DNA of 64,000 nt from Anaerolineae bacterium (GTDB lineage Bacteria > Chloroflexota > Anaerolineae > Aggregatilineales > Phototrophicaceae). The DNA is taken from NCBI GenBank assembly GCA_034437055.1, contig DAOTUQ010000057.1, positions 23,940 through 87,939 of the forward strand. Reading direction: 5' to 3'. A program made the translations under genes and the position numbers. Below, in pieces: positions 35,162-43,618 of the stretch. Every line of letters starts with the position of its first letter. Within the stretch, counting starts at the first letter, position 1. The notes under the pieces are model-generated. The model was not told where the DNA came from and searched no databases. It saw only the letters and a list, made by a program, of their open reading frames with translations.

Positions 35162-36078
35162 TTTCGCCGCTTGAAGTAGACGAGGAGGGAGACAGCGAGG
35201 ACGACCATCAACCCCAACACGACGAGATAGGCGTCCGGGTGGTCGTCCAGCGGCAAGCTCACATTCATCCCATAGATGCCAGAAACCAGCGTCAGCGGGA
35301 GAATGATCACCGAAATCACGGTCAAGACGCGAATGACCCCGTTGAGGCGATGATTGATCAGCGTATCAGCGGTATCGGACAAGCCGACGATGATTTCAAA
35401 GTCTTCATCAACGATATCGCGCAGCGTGTGGACGTGATCGACGATATCGCCAAAGTATTCGTCCAAGTCCTCTTGGATGATCGGGCGCTCGATGCGCTCC
35501 AAATTCTCCATAATCGGCACTTGCTGGCGAATGATGCGCCGCAGCGAGATGATATCGCGGCGCACAATGGCGATATCCCGAATCAGCGCCTTGTCCTCAT
35601 CCGTGAAGATGCGTTCTTCGATGGCGCGGATGTTGCCATCGACCTTGCGCATGATGGGGAAACAATAATCGATCAGCTTATCGAGGATCGCGTAGAACGA
35701 ATGGCTGGCGCTGCCGTCGAGCAGCTTTTTGAGATCGGACTCTTGTGATTGGCACGCATCATACAGATCGCGCAGCGGCTTGAGCGCGCCATCATGCAGT
35801 GTGATGACGAAGCCGCGCCCGACAAAGAAATCGACCTCACTCTGCCGTGTCAAGCGATGTGCCGCGTCCCACAGGGGAAAGTGCATGACCACGAACAAAT
35901 AGTCGTCGCCATCATCGATCTTAGGACGTTCAATCGGACTTAACGTGTCTTCGAGGTTGAGCGGATGGAAATAGGGATACATCCGTCGCAGGGCATCGAT
36001 ATCCTGAGGCGTGGGGTGAATGACATTGATCCAGGTCGTCCGTGTGCCGGACAGTCGATAGAGCGCCATAGCTTGCAT
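35152..36078 (-). CDS. corA: CorA-family magnesium/cobalt transporter
   Basis: GIYGMNV (GMN motif) followed by the final TM. Typical size. Confidence 0.9.
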   Translation of the reverse strand: MQAMALYRLSGTRTTWINVIHPTPQDIDALRRMYPYFHPLNLEDTLSPIERPKIDDGDDYLFVVMHFPLWDAAHRLTRQSEVDFFVGRGFVITLHDGALKPLRDLYDACQSQESDLKKLLDGSASHSFYAILDKLIDYCFPIMRKVDGNIRAIEERIFTDEDKALIRDIAIVRRDIISLRRIIRQQVPIMENLERIERPIIQEDLDEYFGDIVDHVHTLRDIVDEDFEIIVGLSDTADTLINHRLNGVIRVLTVISVIILPLTLVSGIYGMNVSLPLDDHPDAYLVVLGLMVVLAVSLLVYFKRRKWL

Positions 36079-36214
36079 TATCGTCCGTGCGCGCTACACT
36101 CGCAAGCGTATAGATTTCAATCCGCGCAAATCGTCTGTTTTGGATCGGAAATTCGGTGCTGTTTCGATAAAATACGGTCGTTATAATGGATGGATGATTT
36201 AGGTGGGCTTGCTT

Positions 36215-36249
36215 TTGACAGCGGCGTTCGTTTGTGATACATTTTACAA
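36215..36249 (+). promoter_or_regulatory. Candidate promoter of the Rieske/cytochrome b operon overlapped by a CRP-like palindrome
   Basis: TTGACA (36215-36220), a 17-nt spacer and TACATT (36238-36243). The palindrome TTGTGA-TACATT-TTACAA lies at 36232-36249. Confidence 0.4.
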
Positions 36250-36373
36250 AGCGGGAAGAAATGCCCGTCACATTCTTAGTGAACCTCTATCTAAAACTCG
36301 ATTGATGGCTGATCAAGACAGAAGCCAGTCCCACATATTGGGGTTGTTCTGTCGCTGTAAAGGAAGGTGAACC

Positions 36374-36967
36374 ATGGCGACCTTGACCGCTGGCGAAACG
36401 AAAGCCGCCGTTGCGCCGAAACCAAACCGAGCGGCTGCTCAAGTCGAAGTCGCTGCGCCTAGCCGCCGCGAATTTTTGTATTACATCTGGGGCGCGTCCA
36501 TCGTGCTGGTATTGGGCGAGACGACCGCCGCGATCATCTGGTTCGCACTGCCGCGCTTCAAAGAAGGCACGTTTGGCGGCGTGTTCAACATCGCGCCGAG
36601 CAAGCTCCCAATCATGGGCAACGGTCCGCTGCAAGAGCCGTCGGGACGCTTTTGGGTGTCCAACACCGATCAGGGCGTCGTCACCCTCTTCGGGGTTTGC
36701 ACCCATTTGGGCTGCCTGCCGAAATGGTCGGACACCAATTTCCGCTTTGAATGTCCGTGTCACGGGTCGAAGTTCCAGTTGAATGGGACGTATATCGAGG
36801 GTCCCGCGCCGCGCAACCTCGACCGGTTCGTGACGACCATTTATTTCGACGATGGTACGGAAGCGACGATGGACGCCGACGGCAACCCCATCCCGCTCAA
36901 CGGCAAAACCATCGCGCGCATCGCTGTCAATACCGGAGCGCGCGTCAAAGGCAAGGGTCACGGTTAG
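36374..36967 (+). CDS. Rieske [2Fe-2S] subunit of a cytochrome bc/b6f-type complex
   Basis: CTHLGC...CPCHGSKF, with an N-terminal RREFLYY plus TM (Tat-like anchor). Confidence 0.92.
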   Translation: MATLTAGETKAAVAPKPNRAAAQVEVAAPSRREFLYYIWGASIVLVLGETTAAIIWFALPRFKEGTFGGVFNIAPSKLPIMGNGPLQEPSGRFWVSNTDQGVVTLFGVCTHLGCLPKWSDTNFRFECPCHGSKFQLNGTYIEGPAPRNLDRFVTTIYFDDGTEATMDADGNPIPLNGKTIARIAVNTGARVKGKGHG

Positions 36968-37044
36968 TTCCGTGCGTCCGGCATTCCAATCGGGAAATCA
37001 CGAACATCGTTCGGCACGAGTTCGGTTGAGGAGAATTCATTCAC

Positions 37045-38898
37045 ATGTCCGTACTCCCATTTCCGTCCTTTTTGGACGACATTAAGGAAAAGGGATTCAA
37101 GCGCGCCCTGTACGAAGGCATCAACGAAGTGGTCGAACGGGCCACGGCGGGGATGAACCTACAAGACATCCGTGAGGCGCTGCGCGGTGAAGCCGCCAGT
37201 CGCAAGCCGAATCCGCGCTTGCAACCGCACGCCGATGGCTTTTGGCTGCACATGCGTCCGAGCTACTTCCACAAATCGGTCACCGGGGTGTATCCAGAAT
37301 TTCGTTTGGGCTGGCTGTCTACCTATTTCGTGTTCTTCGAGACGATCACCGGCATTTTCTTGATGGTCTTTTACACGCCGTCTCCCACCTATGCCTACGC
37401 CAACATGCTCACGATCATGTCGAACGTCCCACTCGGACAGTTCATGCGTGATCTGCACCGCTTGGGCGCAGAGGCGATGGTGTTGATCGTCACACTTCAC
37501 ATGATCAGGACCTTCTTCACCGGCAGCTACAAGAAGCCCAGACAGTTTACATGGTTCACGGGCGTGATCCTGCTGTTCTTGACGATGTTCCTGAGCTTCT
37601 CTGGCTACCTGCTGCCGTGGGATCAGTTGGCACTGTGGGCGGTCACGATTGGCGCATCGATGATCGAAGCTGCGCCGCCGGAAGTCGTCGGTACGAATCT
37701 CAACCTGCTGCTGCGCGGCGGGCCCGATATCGGCGCGAACGGCTTGCTGCGCTTCTATCTGCTCCACGTCCTCGCGGTGCCAGCGCTGCTGTTCATCTTC
37801 GTGGGCGTCCATTACTACAAAGTCGTTGTCCATGGACACTCGCTGCCGCCGAAAGAAGAAAATATCGGTGAAGATACCGCCAAGCGCGTGCCGCTGGATA
37901 AGCGCGTGTACTTCATCCCCGACATTCTGACCAGCGAAATCATGTGGATTGCCGTTACGACGCTGATTTTGGTCATTCTGTCAACGTGGTTCTTCCACGC
38001 GCCGCTCGAAAACCATGCTGATCCGCAGATTACGCCGCTCGGCACGACCGCGCCGTGGTACTTCTTGTGGGTGCAAGGCGCGCTGAAACTGGGCGACAAA
38101 GTGCTGTGGGGCATCATCTTCCCGACGATCTATGTGGGCTTCCTCGCGGTGCTGCCGTACATCGATACCACGCGCAGCCGCCGTTGGGCGCACCGCCGCT
38201 CGATCTTCACCATTATCTTGGCGCTGATCGCTGTCACGGTGATCCTCAGCTATATGGGTTTGGCAGAGTTCGGCGTGATCAACAGCGCCGATGTGGACGT
38301 GCTGCATCACATGACGATGGAACCCGCGCACAACCATATTGGCTTGCTGCGTCCGGTCCCCTTCGATCAACTGACGCCGGGCATATATACGACGCGGCAG
38401 TTCGACGCCTCACCGGGCGAAGAAGCCGAAGTGCTTGCAGGCTTCAACACCGAGATTGAGCAGTCGTTGATCGCGCCGTATCGCGTCTCGGACACATTCA
38501 CGGCGGACACGACCGAAGGATTTGTTGCCAACTACCTTGAAGTGCAGCAGCACCTCCATATTCCCGCCAGCGGGCTGAATTTCGTCTCGCTGCCGACGGA
38601 CGCGACCGAACTGATGAGCATCATGGACGAGTTCCATCATGAGCTTGAGGTCGAGGAAAAGGAACTGCACAACGGTTGGGGCGGCATCGTGATCACCGAC
38701 GAGCAAGCCAGTCTGAAGCGCGTCGATCTGTTCATCTTCTGGAACGAAGTCGAGATGGAACGCGGTTTCCCTGTCTTGGATGCGAATGGCGAGCCGATCT
38801 TGGCGTTGGGCGCGGATGGCAACCCGATCTTGCGTATCAGCAGCCAGCGGGTTTACATTCACGAGGATTCGCAGTATTTCAACGCGCCGGGAGCATAA
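37045..38898 (+). CDS. Cytochrome b (fused b6 plus subunit IV type) with a C-terminal soluble extension of about 210 aa
   Basis: Haem ligand pairs H138/H152 (x13) and H241/H256 (x14, b6-like), YLLPWDQLALWA and a subunit-IV-like APWYFLW. The last TM ends near aa 405 and the protein continues to aa 617. Confidence 0.9.
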   Translation: MSVLPFPSFLDDIKEKGFKRALYEGINEVVERATAGMNLQDIREALRGEAASRKPNPRLQPHADGFWLHMRPSYFHKSVTGVYPEFRLGWLSTYFVFFETITGIFLMVFYTPSPTYAYANMLTIMSNVPLGQFMRDLHRLGAEAMVLIVTLHMIRTFFTGSYKKPRQFTWFTGVILLFLTMFLSFSGYLLPWDQLALWAVTIGASMIEAAPPEVVGTNLNLLLRGGPDIGANGLLRFYLLHVLAVPALLFIFVGVHYYKVVVHGHSLPPKEENIGEDTAKRVPLDKRVYFIPDILTSEIMWIAVTTLILVILSTWFFHAPLENHADPQITPLGTTAPWYFLWVQGALKLGDKVLWGIIFPTIYVGFLAVLPYIDTTRSRRWAHRRSIFTIILALIAVTVILSYMGLAEFGVINSADVDVLHHMTMEPAHNHIGLLRPVPFDQLTPGIYTTRQFDASPGEEAEVLAGFNTEIEQSLIAPYRVSDTFTADTTEGFVANYLEVQQHLHIPASGLNFVSLPTDATELMSIMDEFHHELEVEEKELHNGWGGIVITDEQASLKRVDLFIFWNEVEMERGFPVLDANGEPILALGADGNPILRISSQRVYIHEDSQYFNAPGA

Positions 38899-38903
38899 GG
38901 GCA

Positions 38904-40031
38904 ATGCTGCAACGCTTACTAATTGACAAAATGGAAAATCGCATCATCGTCGGCACTATCGCCTTTCTGGGCATCATGGTGCTGGTCGGATGGCTTGCGA
39001 TCAACGAGGGCGGACGGATGCAGGCGTTTGAGCGGCAGTATCTTGCCCGCTCGATTGAACGCGGCGCGGCGCTGTTCAACTCCAATTGTTCAAGCTGTCA
39101 TGCGACGGATGGGCTGGGGCTGGCGGGACGCGCCCCCGCCCTGAATTCGCCGTATCTGTTCGGGCATAACTTCTTGGCGTCCATCGACCGCGAATTGGTG
39201 ACATTGGGTCAAGAACTGACGCGCACGGATTTGTCGGCGGAACGCGCGGTTGAGATCACCACGCGCGTAACGGAGCTGCAAAGTGAACGCGCGTCAATCG
39301 TGCAGGCGCTCCAGCCTGCCGTGACCAAAGGCTATGACCCCGAAACGCCGTCGCGGTTGGCGCGCTTGGGTTGGGGCGGCACACTCAACAGCTTTGTGTA
39401 TACCACGCTGGTGCATGGGCGTCCCACCAGCGGGCTGTACTGGCCCACGGGTCAAGGTATGGCAGCATGGTCGCAGACAGCCGGGGGCCCCTTGCGCGGC
39501 GATCAGCTTGAGGACTTGACCAATTACATCCTCAACTACGACAAGGGCGACGGCTGGACGACGGACGACGCCAACGCGGTCGTGCAGTACCCGATCAATC
39601 CAATCGATTCGGCACTCGCGGGTCCGGCGGACGATACGCCGCGCGTTGGCACGGATGTCGCCGCGATTGAGACGGAATTGGTCAATATCACGCGCGATCC
39701 GGTCAACGGACAGGCGCTCTACAACGGCGGCGTGTATGCCTGCGCGGGCTGTCATAGCAACGCGGCGGTCGCTCCCGCAACGGGACAAACGTGGACAGCC
39801 GCGCAAAACGAACGCTTGCAAGCGCCAGAGAACGCCGGACAGACGCCGGAACAATACTTGATCATGAGCATCATCAACCCGAACCATTACATCGTGCCGG
39901 GCTATCCGGCGGGCGTGATGCCGCAGAATTTCGGGGAGCGCATGACGCATCAAGACTTGGGCGACATCTTGGCGTATCTCGAAAGTTACGACAGCGGCGT
40001 GGGCGCGCAAGCGTCGGCGGACGGCGGCTGA
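38904..40031 (+). CDS. Membrane-anchored dihaem cytochrome c
   Basis: The start was chosen at ATG 38904, 6 nt after the cytochrome b stop. N-terminal TM, then CSSCH and CAGCH. Confidence 0.88.
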   Translation: MLQRLLIDKMENRIIVGTIAFLGIMVLVGWLAINEGGRMQAFERQYLARSIERGAALFNSNCSSCHATDGLGLAGRAPALNSPYLFGHNFLASIDRELVTLGQELTRTDLSAERAVEITTRVTELQSERASIVQALQPAVTKGYDPETPSRLARLGWGGTLNSFVYTTLVHGRPTSGLYWPTGQGMAAWSQTAGGPLRGDQLEDLTNYILNYDKGDGWTTDDANAVVQYPINPIDSALAGPADDTPRVGTDVAAIETELVNITRDPVNGQALYNGGVYACAGCHSNAAVAPATGQTWTAAQNERLQAPENAGQTPEQYLIMSIINPNHYIVPGYPAGVMPQNFGERMTHQDLGDILAYLESYDSGVGAQASADGG

Positions 40032-40084
40032 TCCAACGTTTTTGGCGGGCGACTCGCTGGGTCGCCCCTACAGCCTGACTTTCG

Positions 40085-40116
40085 ACGGCGTTCCCAAGCT
40101 TGGGAACGCCGTTTTT
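40085..40116 (+). terminator. Rho-independent terminator of the bc operon
   Basis: ACGGCGTTCCC-AAGCTT-GGGAACGCCGT followed by TTTTT. Confidence 0.85.
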
Positions 40117-40214
40117 AATTCACCTCCAATCTTTGGGGCGGTACAGCGCGCAACCCTGTGCGCTGATTATCCGTAGAAATGAGCGGTAATCGATCCCAAA
40201 AGTGAGGTTTGTAG

Positions 40215-42179
40215 ATGAAGCGACTGCTATTGTTCGTGCTAATCGTCGTGCTGTCCGTCTCCATCGCCAGCGCGCAAGACGGCATCGCGGGTACCTATGA
40301 CGACCCGAACGGGCTGTACACCGTCCCGATTCCCACCAGTTGGACGGCGACAACCGCCGAGGCTGGCTACTTGACCTTATCCGCGCCGGATGACACGCTC
40401 GTGGTTCATGCGCTGGTCGTGACGGGCGCCGCTGCCGAAGCCGCGATTGTTTCGGCATGGGAAACCGTCGGCGTGACCATCGAGGCAGAGGCGACGCCGC
40501 AAGCTGTGCCATCCGCGCCCGGCATCGATGAAACGGTGCTGATCAACTACGACACGGGGACGAATCCGCCCGCGTATCAGGGTTTCGCCCAGCGGATCGG
40601 GGACGAAAATTACGTCCTGCTGTTCGTGATCAACGATTTCGCGGCGGCGCAGCAGCGCGGTGCGCAGATTCAGATTATCGCGTCGGGCTTTCAGCCGAAC
40701 CGGTTGCAGCAAGCCGATGTTTCGGGCGTCGAACCGCTGACCGTCGATGCCGCCATCACCGATCCGCTTGAGGCGTTCATCAACGAGTATCTGCCCGTCT
40801 CGGAAGTGCCGGGCGTGACCGTCGCCATCGTGCAAGGCGGCGAAATCGTCTACGCGCAAAGTTTCGGCGTCAAAGCAATCGGCGGCGACGACCCGCTGAC
40901 GTCCGACACGCACATGATGATCGGCTCCGTCGGCAAGTCGCTGACCACGCTGATGATGGCGACGTTGGTAGACGACGGTTCGATGCTGTGGGATACGCCC
41001 GTCGTGGAGATTTTGCCGAATTTCGCCGTCGCGGATGAAACGCTGACGCCGACGATCACCATGCGCAATATGGTGTGCGCGTGTACGGGCGTTCCGCGCC
41101 GCGATCTCGAATTCATCTTCAATGCTTCGGAACTGACGGGCGAAGATACCGTCGAATCGCTGCGCACGTTCCAATTCTTCACCGACTTCGGCGAGGCGTT
41201 CCAGTACAGCAATCAGATGGTGGCGACGGGCGGCTACGCCGCAGCGGTGGCGGCAGGCGGCAATGATGGGAGTCTGCTGAACGATTACCAAATCGCATTG
41301 GCGACGCGCGTTCTCGCGCCGATTGGCATGACGCGCACGACGCTCGATTTCGACGCGGTAATCGCGGATGGCGATTATGCCCTGCCGCACGCGGTCGTCT
41401 TCGATGAAACGGGCGCGTACTACGAGGTGATTCCGGTCACGCTGGAGGAAAGCCTGCTGCCGATTGCGCCCGCCGGATCACATTGGTCAACCGCCAACGA
41501 CATGGCGCGCTATCTGCTGATGGAACTGGCGTCCGGCGTCGCGGCGGATGGGACGCGCGTCGTGAGCGATGCGAACTTGCAGACGACATGGCAGCCGCAA
41601 ATCTCGCTCTCGGCAAATACATCATATGGCTTGGGCTGGTTCATCGGGGAATACAAAGGCACGACGCTGATCTATCACGGCGGCAATACGCTCGGTTTCA
41701 CCGCGGACGCCGCGTTCCTGCCCGAAAAAGACTTGGGCATCGTCGTTTTGGCGAATGGACAAGGTGCGAACGCGCTGCTGGAGGGGATTCGCACGCGCTT
41801 GCTCGAACTTGTCTTTGAAATCGATACGAACGAAGCGGCGCAAGCTCTCGACTTCTTGATTCAACAGGGCGAAGAAGCCGAACCGGAATTGATCGCCTCC
41901 GTCGGCACGTTGGATGCCGATGCGGCGGAAACGCTCGTGGGGGTGTATGTTGATGATATCTTGGGCGAACTGACGATTACGTTGGAAGACGCTGCGCTGT
42001 TCGCGGACGCGGGCGAGTTCAAGTTTGAACTGCGTCCTTTCATAGGCGACGATTTCAAGCCGAACGAATACATCACTATCGATTCGCCGTTGACGGGCAT
42101 TCGCTTGGTATTCGACCCCGACGCGGGGACGATCACGATTGATATTGTCACCGATCAATACGTGTTCGAGCGCGAGTAA
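40215..42179 (+). CDS. Secreted serine hydrolase / beta-lactamase-family protein with extra N- and C-terminal domains
   Basis: Signal peptide MKRLLLFVLIVVLSVSIASAQ and SxxK motif SVGKS. Confidence 0.85.
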   Translation: MKRLLLFVLIVVLSVSIASAQDGIAGTYDDPNGLYTVPIPTSWTATTAEAGYLTLSAPDDTLVVHALVVTGAAAEAAIVSAWETVGVTIEAEATPQAVPSAPGIDETVLINYDTGTNPPAYQGFAQRIGDENYVLLFVINDFAAAQQRGAQIQIIASGFQPNRLQQADVSGVEPLTVDAAITDPLEAFINEYLPVSEVPGVTVAIVQGGEIVYAQSFGVKAIGGDDPLTSDTHMMIGSVGKSLTTLMMATLVDDGSMLWDTPVVEILPNFAVADETLTPTITMRNMVCACTGVPRRDLEFIFNASELTGEDTVESLRTFQFFTDFGEAFQYSNQMVATGGYAAAVAAGGNDGSLLNDYQIALATRVLAPIGMTRTTLDFDAVIADGDYALPHAVVFDETGAYYEVIPVTLEESLLPIAPAGSHWSTANDMARYLLMELASGVAADGTRVVSDANLQTTWQPQISLSANTSYGLGWFIGEYKGTTLIYHGGNTLGFTADAAFLPEKDLGIVVLANGQGANALLEGIRTRLLELVFEIDTNEAAQALDFLIQQGEEAEPELIASVGTLDADAAETLVGVYVDDILGELTITLEDAALFADAGEFKFELRPFIGDDFKPNEYITIDSPLTGIRLVFDPDAGTITIDIVTDQYVFERE

Positions 42180-42208
42180 ACCTTCACCGTCTCATAACGG
42201 ACATGCCG

Positions 42209-42236
42209 CGCCCCTACACCCGCCGCTGTAGGGGCG
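42209..42236 (+). terminator. Stem-loop after the hydrolase gene
   Basis: CGCCCCTAC-N10-GTAGGGGCG, 30 nt after the stop. No U-run. Confidence 0.4.
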
Positions 42237-42331
42237 TCCGATTCCAATTTGGAGCGGGGGATGAGGTTCAATCGGCTTTGCGTTACAATGAGGCGCGTGA
42301 TTGTTGACCGTACACAAGGAGTCTTCCCGCC

Positions 42332-42799
42332 ATGATTCGACGGCTGACCGCGCCGCTGCTCATCCTGATTTGTACTTTCGCGCTGAGCCTCCCGGCGTTC
42401 GCGCAAGAATCGACCGCCGAAACAACGGCTGAAGCAACAACTGAAGCAACAACTGAAGCAACGCCCGTTTTTTCCGTTCCAATCGATCTCGGTGCCGATG
42501 CGACGGCGGAAGCGACCGCTGAACGAACCACCGAAGCGACGGTTGAAGTCATCGAACAGGTTGATCCGACTGCCGCCGCGCTGATGACGGCGGGACCTAC
42601 CCTCACCGTTTTGGCAGCACCGACGGCGGAAGCGACCTTGGAAGCCAGCGCAGAAGTAACGCCCGAAGCCCCTATCGAGGTGGTGGACGAAGAAGGCGCA
42701 GCATCCGGCATCACCACGTTGATGCTGTTGTTAGGGATTGGCGCGGTCTTGCTCGTTGGCGGGCTGGCGCTGCTGCGCGAGAACGCACCGCGCGGGTAA
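42332..42799 (+). CDS. Secreted low-complexity (Thr/Glu/Ala repeat) protein with a C-terminal TM anchor
   Basis: Signal peptide ...LSLPAFAQ, 12-nt tandem repeats GAAGCAACAACT (about 42421-42462), and the C-terminal GITTLMLLLGIGAVLLVGGLALLRE. Confidence 0.65.
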   Translation: MIRRLTAPLLILICTFALSLPAFAQESTAETTAEATTEATTEATPVFSVPIDLGADATAEATAERTTEATVEVIEQVDPTAAALMTAGPTLTVLAAPTAEATLEASAEVTPEAPIEVVDEEGAASGITTLMLLLGIGAVLLVGGLALLRENAPRG

Positions 42800-42931
42800 A
42801 AAGACGCGCGCGGGCGTGCCAACCGGCACGTCCTTACACGATCACGCAGTGATATGATTATCTTGGGTAGGGCGTCCTGCTGGGACGCCCGTCTAAAATT
42901 CAAATAAAACTTACAGCGTTGTCTCATCTGA

Positions 42932-42965
42932 CTTGTGACAAATGTCACAAGTTTTGCGCTATAAT
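42932..42965 (+). promoter_or_regulatory. Perfect 20-bp palindrome with a CRP-type core (TGTGA-N6-TCACA) next to a TATAAT box, upstream of ccmE
   Basis: CTTGTGACAAATGTCACAAG at 42932-42951 and TATAAT at 42960-42965. ccmE starts at 43005. Confidence 0.55.
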
Positions 42966-43004
42966 TTGATTATGCTCTGAAGTCAAGTTTTGAGGATGCT
43001 TTTA

Positions 43005-43565
43005 ATGGCACAAGCAGCGTGGGAAAAGCCGGTCGCCGATGCGCCGAGCGCCTCTGGACGCGATGCAGGCAAACCCGCAGCAGCGGCGCGGCGCGGCGAA
43101 CGGTTGAAATTCTTGATCGGTGGACTGCTGATGGTCGGCGCAGTGATCTTCTTGATCGCGCAGGGCATGAGCGCAGGCGCGCGCTTCTTCATCACCGTCG
43201 AAGAGACGGTGAGCGATCCGGCATATCTCGGACAGAGCGTGCGCGTCTCCGGCGCGGTGATCGGTGAAACGATCCGCTATGACGCCGAAAATCTGATCAT
43301 CGAATTTGAAGTCGCGCACGTCCCCGACAATATCCCCAACGCGGGCGAGGCGCTGCATCAAGCTGCCAACGACCCGAACGCGACGCGGATGCGCGTGCGC
43401 GTCGAAAATCAGGTCAAGCCCGAACTGCTCCAACATGAAGCACAAGCGATCATGACCGGGAGTTTGGACGAAAACGGCGTCTTTCATGCCACCGAATTGA
43501 ACTTGAAATGCCCGTCGCGCTTCATCGAAGGCACCGTCCCGTCGTTAGGTCAATCCGGCACGTAG
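43005..43565 (+). CDS. ccmE: Cytochrome c maturation haem chaperone CcmE, Cys-type variant
   Basis: N-terminal TM anchor and an OB-like core (VRVSGAV..., MTGSLDENGVFHATEL). The haem-binding position reads LKCPSRF instead of HDENY. Start chosen at ATG 43005 (GAGGA RBS). Confidence 0.82.
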   Translation: MAQAAWEKPVADAPSASGRDAGKPAAAARRGERLKFLIGGLLMVGAVIFLIAQGMSAGARFFITVEETVSDPAYLGQSVRVSGAVIGETIRYDAENLIIEFEVAHVPDNIPNAGEALHQAANDPNATRMRVRVENQVKPELLQHEAQAIMTGSLDENGVFHATELNLKCPSRFIEGTVPSLGQSGT

Positions 43566-43618
43566 GGGTCATGGCGTGCCATCGATAACCCCGAAAGCGC
43601 ATAGGGGCATGGTTTGCC

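Noticed and set aside
38676-38903. Upstream in-frame extensions of ORF-track entries (38676, 45619, 47062, 48220, 52291, 42990, 18017, 27946)
   Set aside because: The extensions overlap the preceding gene or repeat elements. Internal starts with an RBS or a stop/start overlap give sensible N-termini (signal peptide or TM).
40377-41390. 337-aa minus-strand ORF. Similar long antisense ORFs occur at 61242..62384, 10511..11422, 12428..13303, 14329..15171, 19896..20792 and 16918..18072.
   Set aside because: Each overlaps a motif-supported gene on the other strand or in another frame, and each has the Arg/Ala/Gly-rich composition expected from GC-rich non-coding frames.
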